This document shows positions 34,511-43,927 of a DNA stretch of 51,384 nucleotides, piece after piece. The translations under genes were made by a program, and so were the position numbers. This DNA comes from a virus (taxonomy: Duplodnaviria > Caudoviricetes). The stretch covers positions 1-51,384 of IMG/VR virus record IMGVR_UViG_3300036792_000159; one strand, given 5' to 3'. How positions within the stretch are numbered: position 1 is the first letter of the stretch; every line of letters begins with the position of its first letter. Under the pieces are notes generated by a model. The model worked only from the letters and a program-made list of their open reading frames with translations. It made no database searches and was not told the DNA's origin.

Positions 34511-34924
34511 ATCCTCCTGTGCTTTTTTCAACTGATCCTTCTGGATGCCGGAGTTTTCGTCGAGCCATTTGATGACCCGAGCAAACCCTGGCCCCGAGGT
34601 GAGGTGCAACTGCCGGACCTGTTCGTTGGTCCACTGGGGATCCTGAACTCCCAGCTCGAACTGCATGATCTCCATCTCAGCCCAGGCTACGGCCGTTTCA
34701 CCTTCTCGGATTGCAAAGCCACGCTGTTTGATGCGCGCGCTCTCCGAGGCGGTGAAAGACCGCAGCTGGACTGAGTAACCCCACTCAGGGATGTCGACCC
34801 ATTCGGTCTTCAGGTCTTTCGGTGCGGCAGAGAGAATCTGCTCGACCGATCCTTTGGGGAGTTTGCCCTGTTGGACGTTTTTTACAGCCTCGCCCACGGA
34901 CGGAGTGTTCGGTGTTTCTGTCAT
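34460..34924 (-). CDS. Tail assembly chaperone (gpG-like)
   Basis: Position; ILSA..D...VDIPEWG motif. Confidence 0.8.
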   Translation of the reverse strand: MTETPNTPSVGEAVKNVQQGKLPKGSVEQILSAAPKDLKTEWVDIPEWGYSVQLRSFTASESARIKQRGFAIREGETAVAWAEMEIMQFELGVQDPQWTNEQVRQLHLTSGPGFARVIKWLDENSGIQKDQLKKAQEDLRGSNESTEVSPPAST

Positions 34925-34950
34925 CTAACTCGTTCTCCTTGGTTGTACTG

Positions 34951-35370
34951 CTATTCGGTGAGACGTTCGATGCCCTGTTCGCCTACGTTTTTGAGGTTGA
35001 CCTGCGTGGTAGACGCCTGGCCGACCTGACCCGACAGAGGGTCGTAGGAGAACAGCTGACTTTCCATCTTGTACATCGGGTTCGTCGGAGATTTCGCTGC
35101 TTTCACAGGGAGAATTTCGACGAAGAACGGGTTTTCACCCTGCGACAGAGGCCACAGAGTTGCGTCTACCTGCGCAACTTCGTAGTCCATGATGAACGTG
35201 ATCTGCATGGAACCGTCGCCGAGTCCCTTGCCGGTCTGTTTGTTCACGGCACCGAAAGTGGTCAGATCGACTTCCTCTGACGTAGTCGTGATCGCGACCT
35301 GGTTTGCCCTGTTGGACAAGTCCACGCCGTTGATGACGATTTTCGGTTTCCGTAGAATGAACTTTGCCAT
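34951..35370 (-). CDS. Major tail (tube) protein
   Basis: INGVDLS...DLTTFG...GLGDG...TNP.Y. Confidence 0.8.
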   Translation of the reverse strand: MAKFILRKPKIVINGVDLSNRANQVAITTTSEEVDLTTFGAVNKQTGKGLGDGSMQITFIMDYEVAQVDATLWPLSQGENPFFVEILPVKAAKSPTNPMYKMESQLFSYDPLSGQVGQASTTQVNLKNVGEQGIERLTE

Positions 35371-35661
35371 CTACTTCCCTCTTTTCTCTGTGCCACTCGG
35401 CGTGGACGCCTCGGGCTTGATGTCCGGATCCTCGGCGGTCGTCCCCGGGGCAACCCCGGCTTCGTCCCCTGTGGCCGGCTGCTCCTCTGCCACCTCTGTG
35501 GGTGCAGGCTCGTCGTCCTCAATTTTGTCATTGAGGATCTTCAGACCCCCGCCTTCGATGAGAGTCTTCTCCTGGTAGGCGGGTAGATCTGCGATGAATT
35601 TCTTGTGGGGAGAGTGGCCCAGAATCTCGGTCGGACCGATGTTCTCGTATTCTTTCTTCAT
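35371..35661 (-). CDS. Hypothetical tail-region protein
   Basis: Coupled ORF. Confidence 0.6.
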   Translation of the reverse strand: MKKEYENIGPTEILGHSPHKKFIADLPAYQEKTLIEGGGLKILNDKIEDDEPAPTEVAEEQPATGDEAGVAPGTTAEDPDIKPEASTPSGTEKRGK

Positions 35662-36077
35662 TCTTTCTTCTCCACTATGAGGTCGTAGTTGTGTCCTGTG
35701 TGCTGGAACCTCTCTCCATCACTTGGCTCCAAGTAGTTGATAATTGATGCGGACCTTACGAACAGCACGTCGTAACCATCGATGGAAAGTTCTTCACTGT
35801 TGAGTAGTTCCTTGCAGCGTCTGTCGATGGACTCAGCCTGCTTGGGGGTTCCTACTCCTTTGACTGCTACCTGACCTTCTTCCATAGGTTCACCCCCGAA
35901 GCACCACGATTCATTGCCTGTGGGGTTTTCGAAGATCACGTACGGCAACTCTGCTTCGGGGTTCTGCGGAGCCAGCTGGTAGTACACGCCGGTGGCCAGT
36001 TCCTTGAGCACAGGGTCTTCTTTCAGGAACGACTCCAACGCAGCGCGTACCGGATCGACTTCAGCTTCTGTGGTCAT
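35658..36077 (-). CDS. Tail terminator (DUF3168-like)
   Basis: VYYQLAP...LPYVIF; position. Confidence 0.7.
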   Translation of the reverse strand: MTTEAEVDPVRAALESFLKEDPVLKELATGVYYQLAPQNPEAELPYVIFENPTGNESWCFGGEPMEEGQVAVKGVGTPKQAESIDRRCKELLNSEELSIDGYDVLFVRSASIINYLEPSDGERFQHTGHNYDLIVEKKE

Positions 36078-36400
36078 AGTGCGTATATCTCCGCAACGAA
36101 CGCCTCGAATTCATCTCTGGCTTCTGCTATCGCAGGACGCAACATCGGGTGGGCCGACATATACCGCGTCCCGTACTCGTTGTAGACGGCGTATCTCACA
36201 AGGTTGAAGACGGTCCCTTCGGCCTTGGTATCATCCATGTCGAATTTCCATTCGGAGCGCATCAACCCTGTGTCTACTCGTGAATGACCCATGGCCTTCT
36301 GCACGACGACTGCGCAGGTTTTCTCCACGGCGAGCCGAGCCTTGACAGGAGACTCGTCTATCAGACGAGGAAGCTGTGTGATGAGGGCTACCTCTGACAC
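36074..36400 (-). CDS. HK97 gp10-like tail completion protein
   Basis: VDTGLMR...YAVYNEYGT.YM.AHPMLRPA. Confidence 0.85.
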   Translation of the reverse strand: MSEVALITQLPRLIDESPVKARLAVEKTCAVVVQKAMGHSRVDTGLMRSEWKFDMDDTKAEGTVFNLVRYAVYNEYGTRYMSAHPMLRPAIAEARDEFEAFVAEIYAL

Positions 36401-36619
36401 TTAGTCCTCTCCGAAAGTCCTAAGATCGGGTCCGGGAGGAGTTATGCCCAGACGTTGTGCAGCGTGGTCGTACGCGCTTCCCAGGGCCTCCACAAGGCTA
36501 TCCGCCAGCACAGGGAGGACATCTGTGGGATCCTCGTCGGGTTCGGTCTTCCCCGATAGCTCGATCCAGACCTTGCGATTCTGGTCGATGTCTATGGATG
36601 CCTCGGCCTTGAGAATCAT
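36401..36619 (-). CDS. Hypothetical protein
   Basis: GAGG SD; ATGA overlap. Confidence 0.55.
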   Translation of the reverse strand: MILKAEASIDIDQNRKVWIELSGKTEPDEDPTDVLPVLADSLVEALGSAYDHAAQRLGITPPGPDLRTFGED

Positions 36620-37014
36620 GCGTCTACCTCTTTGGCTAGTAGTTGGATGGTGGCTTGATCGGTACGGTCGTTGATTGCAAGGATTTCCCATTTGGACCCG
36701 TCCGGCCGTTCGATCCTGTCGGTCTGCTTGACTTCGACCGATTCGTCCAGGGTGAAGATGTGATCCGTGAACTCGTTGATCTGAGACGCGATGACACCGC
36801 GAGGTTTGCCGCGTTTGTAGGAGTCGATGCGCGCTCGAACAGACGGAGCCTGTCTGCGATACTCAAGTTCGTAGCTTCCTCCACCGTCGTCGGTCTTGAC
36901 GGCTTTGAGGATGTAGACCTGTTCGGTCAACCCAACGCGGCGCCCCAGCTCTTTTGCCGTCTCCGGAAAGAGTTCCGTGCCGGGGCGGCCAGCCTTGTTG
37001 AGACCTCGAGTCAC
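36616..37014 (-). CDS. Head-tail adaptor / stopper
   Basis: DDGGGS motif; position. Confidence 0.7.
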   Translation of the reverse strand: MTRGLNKAGRPGTELFPETAKELGRRVGLTEQVYILKAVKTDDGGGSYELEYRRQAPSVRARIDSYKRGKPRGVIASQINEFTDHIFTLDESVEVKQTDRIERPDGSKWEILAINDRTDQATIQLLAKEVDA

Positions 37015-37406
37015 CAGACTTCTCCGAACTGCTCCTTGCGGATTTCACGACGAGAGAACAGGTCGACGCCCATCTCGATGAGCTCGAAGTCCACCGCCTC
37101 ATCCGACATCGTTTCAAATTTGTCTGCGGTTTTTTCCATGGCAGCAGCCGTGGCAGGGCCGTCGGTCTCGAGTTCGAGGAACGTGATCTTCTTTGCTACC
37201 ATCGCCTCGTTGCCTGCCATGACGCGCAGGGCAGTGGCAGCTGACATCATCAGGTTCTGTTCCCACAGGTTGAGGAACGTTTCGATCTCGAGATCAGTAA
37301 AGACCCATTCGTCGCTCTCACCTTTGCCACCGATGTCAGAGATCAGCAGCCGGACCCGGCCGACCGCTTCTTCGAGGTTGTAGGTGTGAGTCGGGTCTTC
37401 AGGCAT
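37011..37406 (-). CDS. Head-tail connector
   Basis: GRVRLLISD...FTD.EI..FL. Confidence 0.75.
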   Translation of the reverse strand: MPEDPTHTYNLEEAVGRVRLLISDIGGKGESDEWVFTDLEIETFLNLWEQNLMMSAATALRVMAGNEAMVAKKITFLELETDGPATAAAMEKTADKFETMSDEAVDFELIEMGVDLFSRREIRKEQFGEVW

Positions 37407-37563
37407 GGCCCGTACGTTCCTTGTGGTACTGCATCACGGATTTCGACGTGAATTTCTGTCCGCAAGAACACTCGTTAGCCACCCCTGTGAGTTGCTTAGG
37501 AGGCTGGGAGGCCGGCTCTCGCCGACCCCCCTTGTCCTTGCCCATGTCAGGCATACCGGGCAT
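37399..37563 (-). CDS. 54-aa C2H2-type zinc-finger protein
   Basis: CSCGQKFTSKSVMQYHKERTGH; fills the gap between MCP and connector. Confidence 0.55.
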   Translation of the reverse strand: MPGMPDMGKDKGGRREPASQPPKQLTGVANECSCGQKFTSKSVMQYHKERTGHA

Positions 37564-37567
37564 GGTG

Positions 37568-38740
37568 CTAGGCGCCCGAGCCGTTCGAGGCGACCGTGGC
37601 TTTGAAGCCACCGGTTTCCACCAGGCGCGTCCCACCAAGGACGTGCCGGATGCGCCATGCGTAGGAGTCATCGTCGAACGACTCCAGAGCGTCTCCACCT
37701 CCACCGATGCGGCGCGAAGTCGGAGCACGTTCGTACAGGCTCGGATCTTCGTAACCGCGCAGGAAGCCCATCTCGATGGCAGGGCGTCCCTCGTTGGGGC
37801 TGGCGAAAATGAACCAGCTGGTGGAACCATGTTCTTCCGAGGCGACGACTGGAATGTAACTCTCGATAGCGAGAGTCACGTTGTTCCTCATCCAGTTCTC
37901 AGCGATCAGCCGCTGTTTTTCGGTGCCGCCTTCGTTGTTGACCCAGATCTGCTGGGCGTTCAGGATGTTCTTTGCGGTCACCATGAGTGCCGGGGGCACG
38001 ACAAGGGTGACAGCGTCGATGTTGATCGGTTCCCCGTCGAAGTCCTTCATTTCCGCCAGCGTGAGCATGGCAGCCTGAAGCGCTTCGATGGACAGAGGCG
38101 GGTTTTTTTCCGCTCCCTTTTCGATCACATTCTTGAACGACGTTTTGTAGAGTTTTTCGTGCGGCCCTTTCTTGCCGACGAAAAGTTCCGTCGCGAACTT
38201 CATCTCTGAACGACGTGCCGCGCGGGCAAGCCTTTCCGGAGTACGCGTGAACGCATCCAGGTCGTCGTCGATCAGAGTCTCCCAGGACAGGTCGATACGA
38301 CGGCCGAACTTGGTGACCGCGTATTCGTCCTTCTTGTCCTGGAGCGGAGCCTCTCGGTATTCCCCTCGCTCCTTGATCGGGGGCAGTACGGACTCTGCAC
38401 CGTCGACGGCGAACCGTTTGACGTTGCGGAAATCCGGTACCGTGCTGCGGTGGCAGTATGCCTGCCACGTTGGCGTGGTCTCTCGGTAGTACCCGAGCAG
38501 GGTCCTGTCGAGAATGTCGGCGAACAGGAGAGGGAAGTCTGACGTCGTCAGAGCCTCTTCCATCAACCTCAGCCCTCGACGGGTTTTCCGTGCGCCCTCG
38601 ATCAGGCGCTGCGCCTCCATCATCTGTTTCGGGGAGGCCTTGTAGGTACCCATTTTGGTACCGATCCCCCCGAAGAGAGTCTGGATAGACGCCTCCTCGG
38701 CACGGAGGCTCTCTACAGCCTCCAGAATCTTCTCAGTCAT
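37568..38740 (-). CDS. Major capsid protein (Mu gpT-like, HK97 fold)
   Basis: TSDFP.L, VPDF, KFGR.I.LSWE.LIDDDL, IE.GFL.G. Confidence 0.9.
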   Translation of the reverse strand: MTEKILEAVESLRAEEASIQTLFGGIGTKMGTYKASPKQMMEAQRLIEGARKTRRGLRLMEEALTTSDFPLLFADILDRTLLGYYRETTPTWQAYCHRSTVPDFRNVKRFAVDGAESVLPPIKERGEYREAPLQDKKDEYAVTKFGRRIDLSWETLIDDDLDAFTRTPERLARAARRSEMKFATELFVGKKGPHEKLYKTSFKNVIEKGAEKNPPLSIEALQAAMLTLAEMKDFDGEPINIDAVTLVVPPALMVTAKNILNAQQIWVNNEGGTEKQRLIAENWMRNNVTLAIESYIPVVASEEHGSTSWFIFASPNEGRPAIEMGFLRGYEDPSLYERAPTSRRIGGGGDALESFDDDSYAWRIRHVLGGTRLVETGGFKATVASNGSGA

Positions 38741-38753
38741 TCAGTGACCCCTC

Positions 38754-39095
38754 TCAGGTCCCCAGTCGAACCAGGATCGTAGCTTCCGCTCCTGATACGA
38801 CTTCTTCCAGGGCGTATCCGACGAACACGCCTTCTTCGTTGTTCTTTCCCAGCACTCCGGATTTGGAGTACAGCTTGTCGCCGATTTCGATTTTCACGTT
38901 ACCGGCTTTGTTGACACCTTTGGCTTTGAGTTCGTAGACGCCACGAGTGGCGACCTCTGCTGTCCCATCGGCCAGCCTGTTGATCAGGGCTACGCCGGCG
39001 ATCTGTCCTATGATCACCAGGTTGCCCGAGACCGTTCCTTCCGGAACCGGCAGAGACAGGTTGATGCCTGCCGCAAATGCGCGATTCTTGGCCAT
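38754..39095 (-). CDS. Capsid cement / decoration protein (DUF2190-like)
   Basis: MAKN...SG..V.IG...GVA...GVYEL; upstream of the MCP. Confidence 0.8.
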   Translation of the reverse strand: MAKNRAFAAGINLSLPVPEGTVSGNLVIIGQIAGVALINRLADGTAEVATRGVYELKAKGVNKAGNVKIEIGDKLYSKSGVLGKNNEEGVFVGYALEEVVSGAEATILVRLGT

Positions 39096-39098
39096 CTT

Positions 39099-40655
39099 TT
39101 ACCGCCCCTCTGCGGCCTTCTCCGCCGCCTCTTTGGTCATACCCGACCGTTCGAAGGACTCGGTCAGGGCTTTCTTGTCGGACTCGGACAGCGGCTCATC
39201 CTCGTCGTCCAGGCCACCACCTCCGCCGCCACCGTTCAGGCTCTCGAAGATCCCGACGCTGGCGCCGACTCCCTCGACTTTGCCGTTCTCGTCGATCTTC
39301 TTGCCCGTGAGAGAGGCGATGTACTGAGCCTCTTTCTTGATCTCTTTGTTCGCCTTCTCTTCGAGGGCGCGCTCGTCGAGCGATCCATCGGCCAGCACAG
39401 GGAGGTCTCCGTAGAGGCTCGCCTCGATGACCCGCGTCTGCACGTCGACCGGGATCTTGTCTTTGCTCTCCCGGACGATCTTGGCAACGACGTTGCCTGC
39501 CTTCTCCTTGCGAAGAGACTCTTCGGCCTTGGTCGCCCGGTCCTCGGCTTCCTTGACCTTGGTCTTGCTTTCTTCGTCTTCCTTTTCCTTGTCCTTTTTG
39601 CTCATCGCCTCTGCTACTGCTGAAGCGACCGTGGCGTTGAGAGTTTTCTCATCGATCTCCACGTTTTTCTCCTTTGGTTGTGTACGGCCAGGGCCGCTTT
39701 CTTTGAACGGTACAGGGCAGCTGAGTTTGGAAGCCACCTTCTTGATGAAACCCTTTACGTCATCGCCTTTACCCCGACCGACCGACATGGCTGCGGCTTT
39801 GACATCTTCGCAGTTTGCCATGGGGAAGCGACCTCCGATGATGTTCCCCTTGTCGTCTTTGATCGGGATGGCCTGCCCTTTCTTGGCAAGCGCGATACGT
39901 TCGTCTTTACTGACGTCTCTCTCCAGGAAGAGGTCGTAGTACGTTTCCGCCTCCACGAGCTCCCCTGTGTTCCAGATCTCCATCTCCCCGATGCGCATGG
40001 CCTCGAAGATGATGTCGTCCTCAGGGATGCCGTTTTTCATCATCTCCTTGAGCAGATTTGCGGGAATCGGAGTCTTCCCCGCTGACTCAAGGATCGCGTT
40101 GAATGCGGTTACTGCCTGATCTTCGTAAGACGGCGTGTGCTCTCGCGCCGACTCGATCAGTGCTCCTACCTCACCCCCGGCACCTGCCTTGGTGACGTAG
40201 TCGATGGACAGGCCCTCTGTGAGGCTCTGGACGATCGGTCCCTCTTTGCCTCCGGCGGCGCCGTTCTCGGTGACACCGAAGGCACGGATGGACAACCCGA
40301 TGTCCTGGGCCAGTGCATCTATCGTCGGGATCCAGTGGTCGTAGACCTGTGCGACCGACACTGAGTCGACACCTGCCATCCGGGGAGTCTCGATGACTTT
40401 TCCCACCAGATCCCGAAGATCCCTCTCCGGTCGTTCCCGTTCCTCTTTCACCGTCGGGTGATTGAGATACATCTGGGTACCGGGAGGAAAGATCCTCGGG
40501 ATATCACGCTCGATTACCTCGGGAGCGTAGTACCCCGAAGATCCCCAACCGGACTTGATGACCGTTATATTCCGCCGAGCGCCAGACGGTGAGCCCTCCC
40601 TGAATGCTTGACCTATGGCTATGGACTCAGCTAGTTTTTTACGCTCGGTGGACAT
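39099..40655 (-). CDS. Prohead protease-scaffold fusion with inserted helical domain
   Basis: NHP, IGLSI, SIDYVT.AGAGG; C-terminal coiled coil. Confidence 0.8.
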   Translation of the reverse strand: MSTERKKLAESIAIGQAFREGSPSGARRNITVIKSGWGSSGYYAPEVIERDIPRIFPPGTQMYLNHPTVKEERERPERDLRDLVGKVIETPRMAGVDSVSVAQVYDHWIPTIDALAQDIGLSIRAFGVTENGAAGGKEGPIVQSLTEGLSIDYVTKAGAGGEVGALIESAREHTPSYEDQAVTAFNAILESAGKTPIPANLLKEMMKNGIPEDDIIFEAMRIGEMEIWNTGELVEAETYYDLFLERDVSKDERIALAKKGQAIPIKDDKGNIIGGRFPMANCEDVKAAAMSVGRGKGDDVKGFIKKVASKLSCPVPFKESGPGRTQPKEKNVEIDEKTLNATVASAVAEAMSKKDKEKEDEESKTKVKEAEDRATKAEESLRKEKAGNVVAKIVRESKDKIPVDVQTRVIEASLYGDLPVLADGSLDERALEEKANKEIKKEAQYIASLTGKKIDENGKVEGVGASVGIFESLNGGGGGGGLDDEDEPLSESDKKALTESFERSGMTKEAAEKAAEGR

Positions 40656-40676
40656 GACGGCTTCTCCTCTAGTTGA

Positions 40677-41009
40677 TCAGGACGACTTGACGATGAATGC
40701 TTCGATTTCGGTTGCGACGGTGAACGAGACTTCGACCTGGCCTTCTTCATTGTTGTACTTCGAGGGTTCGAAGCGGCCGAGGCAGAACATGCCTTCTTTG
40801 CAAGCCACTTCACGAGCGACGACGGCGATGCCATCGACTTTCTGCGTGACGGTGACTTTGACTTTCGATTCTGCCGCCCCTGCTTTGACGAAGAGGAGAG
40901 TGTCCCCATCGTTGGCGAACAGGATCGGGTTTCCCACCACAGGGGTGATTTTGGTTAGTTTTTTACCGGTGGTTGCCGGGTTGTCCGGAACCTTGACTTC
41001 TGCGGCCAT
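40677..41009 (-). CDS. Hypothetical virion protein
   Basis: AAGGAG SD; head module. Confidence 0.65.
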   Translation of the reverse strand: MAAEVKVPDNPATTGKKLTKITPVVGNPILFANDGDTLLFVKAGAAESKVKVTVTQKVDGIAVVAREVACKEGMFCLGRFEPSKYNNEEGQVEVSFTVATEIEAFIVKSS

Positions 41010-41031
41010 GGATCAGCTCCTTGTTGGTTGG

Positions 41032-41826
41032 TTACATCGGTCCCCAGGCCAAGACGCAACTTGGATGCGTTTTTCCGTTCTCTGCCTCTGCCTCGGGTAG
41101 GGTGAAGATTTCTCCGTTGCGCTCCTGGCATTCGGCGTCGTGTTCTACACCGTCGAAGGCCATGACCCTTTCAACCACAGGGGACTCTCCGTAGACGGCC
41201 AGGGAGCTATGACGACTCGCTTCCAGAGTCTCGGTGGTTGCTATCAGCCGTGAGCGATATCCGGAGCCTGCGTGGACGAAACGCCCTGCGGGAACGTAGT
41301 GTTCGATAAGCTTGCCCAGATCACGGGTACTGAGGCCGAGTTCCCGCCCGACTTCCAGCACCTTGAACAGAGCGGCTTCGGTACCGGAGTCCATGTCTAC
41401 GAGCGTGGTACGCGTGGCGCCTGCGTCTCTCATCTTGTCGGAGACACGTCGACGAACTGCGGAGTAGATCCCGTGTTTTTCCAACGCCTGTTCTGTCAAC
41501 AGGGCAGACCGGCTCCAGGCCTTTTCGAAAATCGGTCGCAGGCGCTGGGCCTTCCAAGAGTCCATGCCTGCCTGTGCAAGGATCGTCTTGATCCTCTCGT
41601 CTTCCATGGGGTCGGTATCTGCCTCTGACAGGTACAGGCCTCCCATGGATGCAGATGCAGCAGCTACCCTCTGCCCTGCCTCTACAAAGGCCCCACGTAG
41701 TTCCGAGCGCGTCAGGCGGAGGGCCGCCGGGTGCGTTGCACGTAGGCTATGCACCACTGCCGCCCCAGGCCGTGCGGACTCTTCTAGACTCCGTAGGGTG
41801 CGGGTGTAGTGGCGAACAGCAGGCAT
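41032..41826 (-). CDS. MuF / SPP1 gp7-like minor head protein
   Basis: RSRLIATTE...C..RNG...HPSC. Confidence 0.8.
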   Translation of the reverse strand: MPAVRHYTRTLRSLEESARPGAAVVHSLRATHPAALRLTRSELRGAFVEAGQRVAAASASMGGLYLSEADTDPMEDERIKTILAQAGMDSWKAQRLRPIFEKAWSRSALLTEQALEKHGIYSAVRRRVSDKMRDAGATRTTLVDMDSGTEAALFKVLEVGRELGLSTRDLGKLIEHYVPAGRFVHAGSGYRSRLIATTETLEASRHSSLAVYGESPVVERVMAFDGVEHDAECQERNGEIFTLPEAEAENGKTHPSCVLAWGPM

Positions 41827-43379
41827 CAGGCGTTCTTCAGTTCGTGGACGAGTTTGGTGAAGCTCTCTACCGTTTCTTCAAGCTCTTGGTTTTCGGTATC
41901 CGACAACTTACCCAGTGCTTCTTCGACATCCTCGACACCGACCGCTTCAAGCAGGAGTTGACTAAGGAGTTCCGGTGGAACCGTTCCCGCTTCCGGACGA
42001 CCTTCGAGGGTGGCGGCGGCGACAAGTGCTTTGACGTTGTCGATCGGATCTTCTTCGAGGATCGGTGGGAATGCGACCTTGACCTCTGGGTCGATGGCGG
42101 GGATACATACAGCGAGACCGTCCACCCATTCGACTTTTCCGTAGGTGGAATTACCGGCGAAGATCTGTGCGTCAAGGCTATACCTCCACATATCCTTCTC
42201 GAAGTCCGACCACAAGAACTGCTCGCTACGCATCTTCAACCACGTAGGCCGATCCAGCGTCTTGGACGTGGCGAAGTTACCTACGTCGACGTCCCCTGAC
42301 ACGATGGTGTCGGGCAGGTCCATCGACGTACCGGCCATCATGCGTGATGCTCTCGCATCTTCTGCACCAGGCGTGGCTCCAGTCTTGGGGATGGGCGTGA
42401 TTTCATCACCCTCTTTGCCGAGGAATACCCCGCCAGCCGCGCGGTTGTGTTCTTCTCTCCATTCATCCCCGTCCGGGATGGTGCTGCGGAGTTTTTCTTT
42501 GGCATTTTTGATTTTGCTCCCTTTAGTCGTCATTTTCCACGCGAATTTCGCGAGGGATGAGACTATGGTGTGCCAGTCCTCCAGGTACTTCTTGTAAGCT
42601 CGCGCCCAGTCGAGGGCAGCGTAAGTCTCGGGAATCCCGAAGAGCATGGACTTGGTACCGCCGGTGCGCTGATGCATGATGGGAGAGTGCCATTTGACCT
42701 CGACGCCACCGATCTGGCTTGGCTCGCTCCTCGGTTTGTAGCGCCAGTCGGGGTAGAGTGCTTCACGGCTCTTTTGTTCGACATTACCGTTCGTTTCGTT
42801 GAAGAACGCTTCGGTCCAGACCCTGCGGTAGAAGGTCGGACGCCTGATGTCTCCTTGGCGCGTGTGGATTTCCTTGATCGTTTCGGTGGGCACGCTCCTG
42901 ACGAGCACTTTGCCGTCTTCGTCGGTGAACAGCACCATGAAGATGTTTCCCTCGACGATCTGATCTACGTGCGTGAGCAACCGTGCCTGATGGCTGTATA
43001 GCTCTGCTCGGTTGGTGTCCTCGTCCATCTGAGGCGCGACGACCTCCTCCTGGAACTTGTCCTCTTTGGCCTTGATGGTGACGCCCTGGCCCCAGGTGTA
43101 GTAGGTCCGCACGTTGACCGACCGTTTGATGATCGGGTTGCTCAGGTACATGGCCCGGGAGAGGCGGAGGAGATTTTCTATCCCCCGCCTCGTGAATTCC
43201 CGTTCCACGTTGGCTGACAGCCGGCGCCAGCCTTCATCCTCCATGGCCAATTCCAAGAGGGTGAGATTCTCCTGAAGGAGCTCGTTCTGGTTGATGACCT
43301 GCTCAACCCGCTCGTCCAGTCGAACGCTTCCCGGCTCTGGCGCCTCCGCGCCGAATATCGCCTCTCGGATTCGGCCCAT
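41826..43379 (-). CDS. Portal protein
   Basis: 517 aa; position; NPIIKR, GN.ATSKTLD motifs. Confidence 0.85.
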   Translation of the reverse strand: MGRIREAIFGAEAPEPGSVRLDERVEQVINQNELLQENLTLLELAMEDEGWRRLSANVEREFTRRGIENLLRLSRAMYLSNPIIKRSVNVRTYYTWGQGVTIKAKEDKFQEEVVAPQMDEDTNRAELYSHQARLLTHVDQIVEGNIFMVLFTDEDGKVLVRSVPTETIKEIHTRQGDIRRPTFYRRVWTEAFFNETNGNVEQKSREALYPDWRYKPRSEPSQIGGVEVKWHSPIMHQRTGGTKSMLFGIPETYAALDWARAYKKYLEDWHTIVSSLAKFAWKMTTKGSKIKNAKEKLRSTIPDGDEWREEHNRAAGGVFLGKEGDEITPIPKTGATPGAEDARASRMMAGTSMDLPDTIVSGDVDVGNFATSKTLDRPTWLKMRSEQFLWSDFEKDMWRYSLDAQIFAGNSTYGKVEWVDGLAVCIPAIDPEVKVAFPPILEEDPIDNVKALVAAATLEGRPEAGTVPPELLSQLLLEAVGVEDVEEALGKLSDTENQELEETVESFTKLVHELKNA

Positions 43380-43381
43380 GA

Positions 43382-43927
43382 TCAGACCGTCTGCTGAACG
43401 GTGGCGCCGGTGTAGACGGCGTACGCGGCGTTGGCCCCGTTTGCGTCGCCTTCCGCGGTGTCACCGGAGAAGTAGTACAGCGTCTCCGCCGTACCGCCTT
43501 CTGCCGGGACGGTGACGAAGCCCGACGTGCTGTACTGCGTGGTGTCGATGCCTTCGAGGCTCGCTTCGGGGTTGACCGTGTAGACGGTCTTCTCCGGCTT
43601 CGCTTCGGTCGGCGCCGCTTCTTCGGGGGCCGGGTGTTCCTCTGCGACCTTGTTGACCTCGGTCTTCAGCGTTTCGACTGCCGACGCGGCCTTGTCCTTC
43701 AGGGCGTCGACCTGGTCCTGGGTGATCTGGCCGACCTCCAGGGCGCCGATCTGCGTGGCCAGCTCCTCGAGCTCACCGACTGCGATGCCCGTCTCGGTCG
43801 AGAGTTCCTCGATGACGGTTTCCAGCTGGGTGATGTCCGTAGCCATCTTGTCCACCTTCCTGTGTAATGAACGGAGGAGATCGATGATCTCGTCTTCATT
43901 GTTGTCGATTGTCAGGGTGATCTCCAT
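43382..43927 (-). CDS. Acidic coiled-coil protein
   Basis: GGAG SD; TGATG coupling to the protease gene. Confidence 0.65.
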   Translation of the reverse strand: MEITLTIDNNEDEIIDLLRSLHRKVDKMATDITQLETVIEELSTETGIAVGELEELATQIGALEVGQITQDQVDALKDKAASAVETLKTEVNKVAEEHPAPEEAAPTEAKPEKTVYTVNPEASLEGIDTTQYSTSGFVTVPAEGGTAETLYYFSGDTAEGDANGANAAYAVYTGATVQQTV

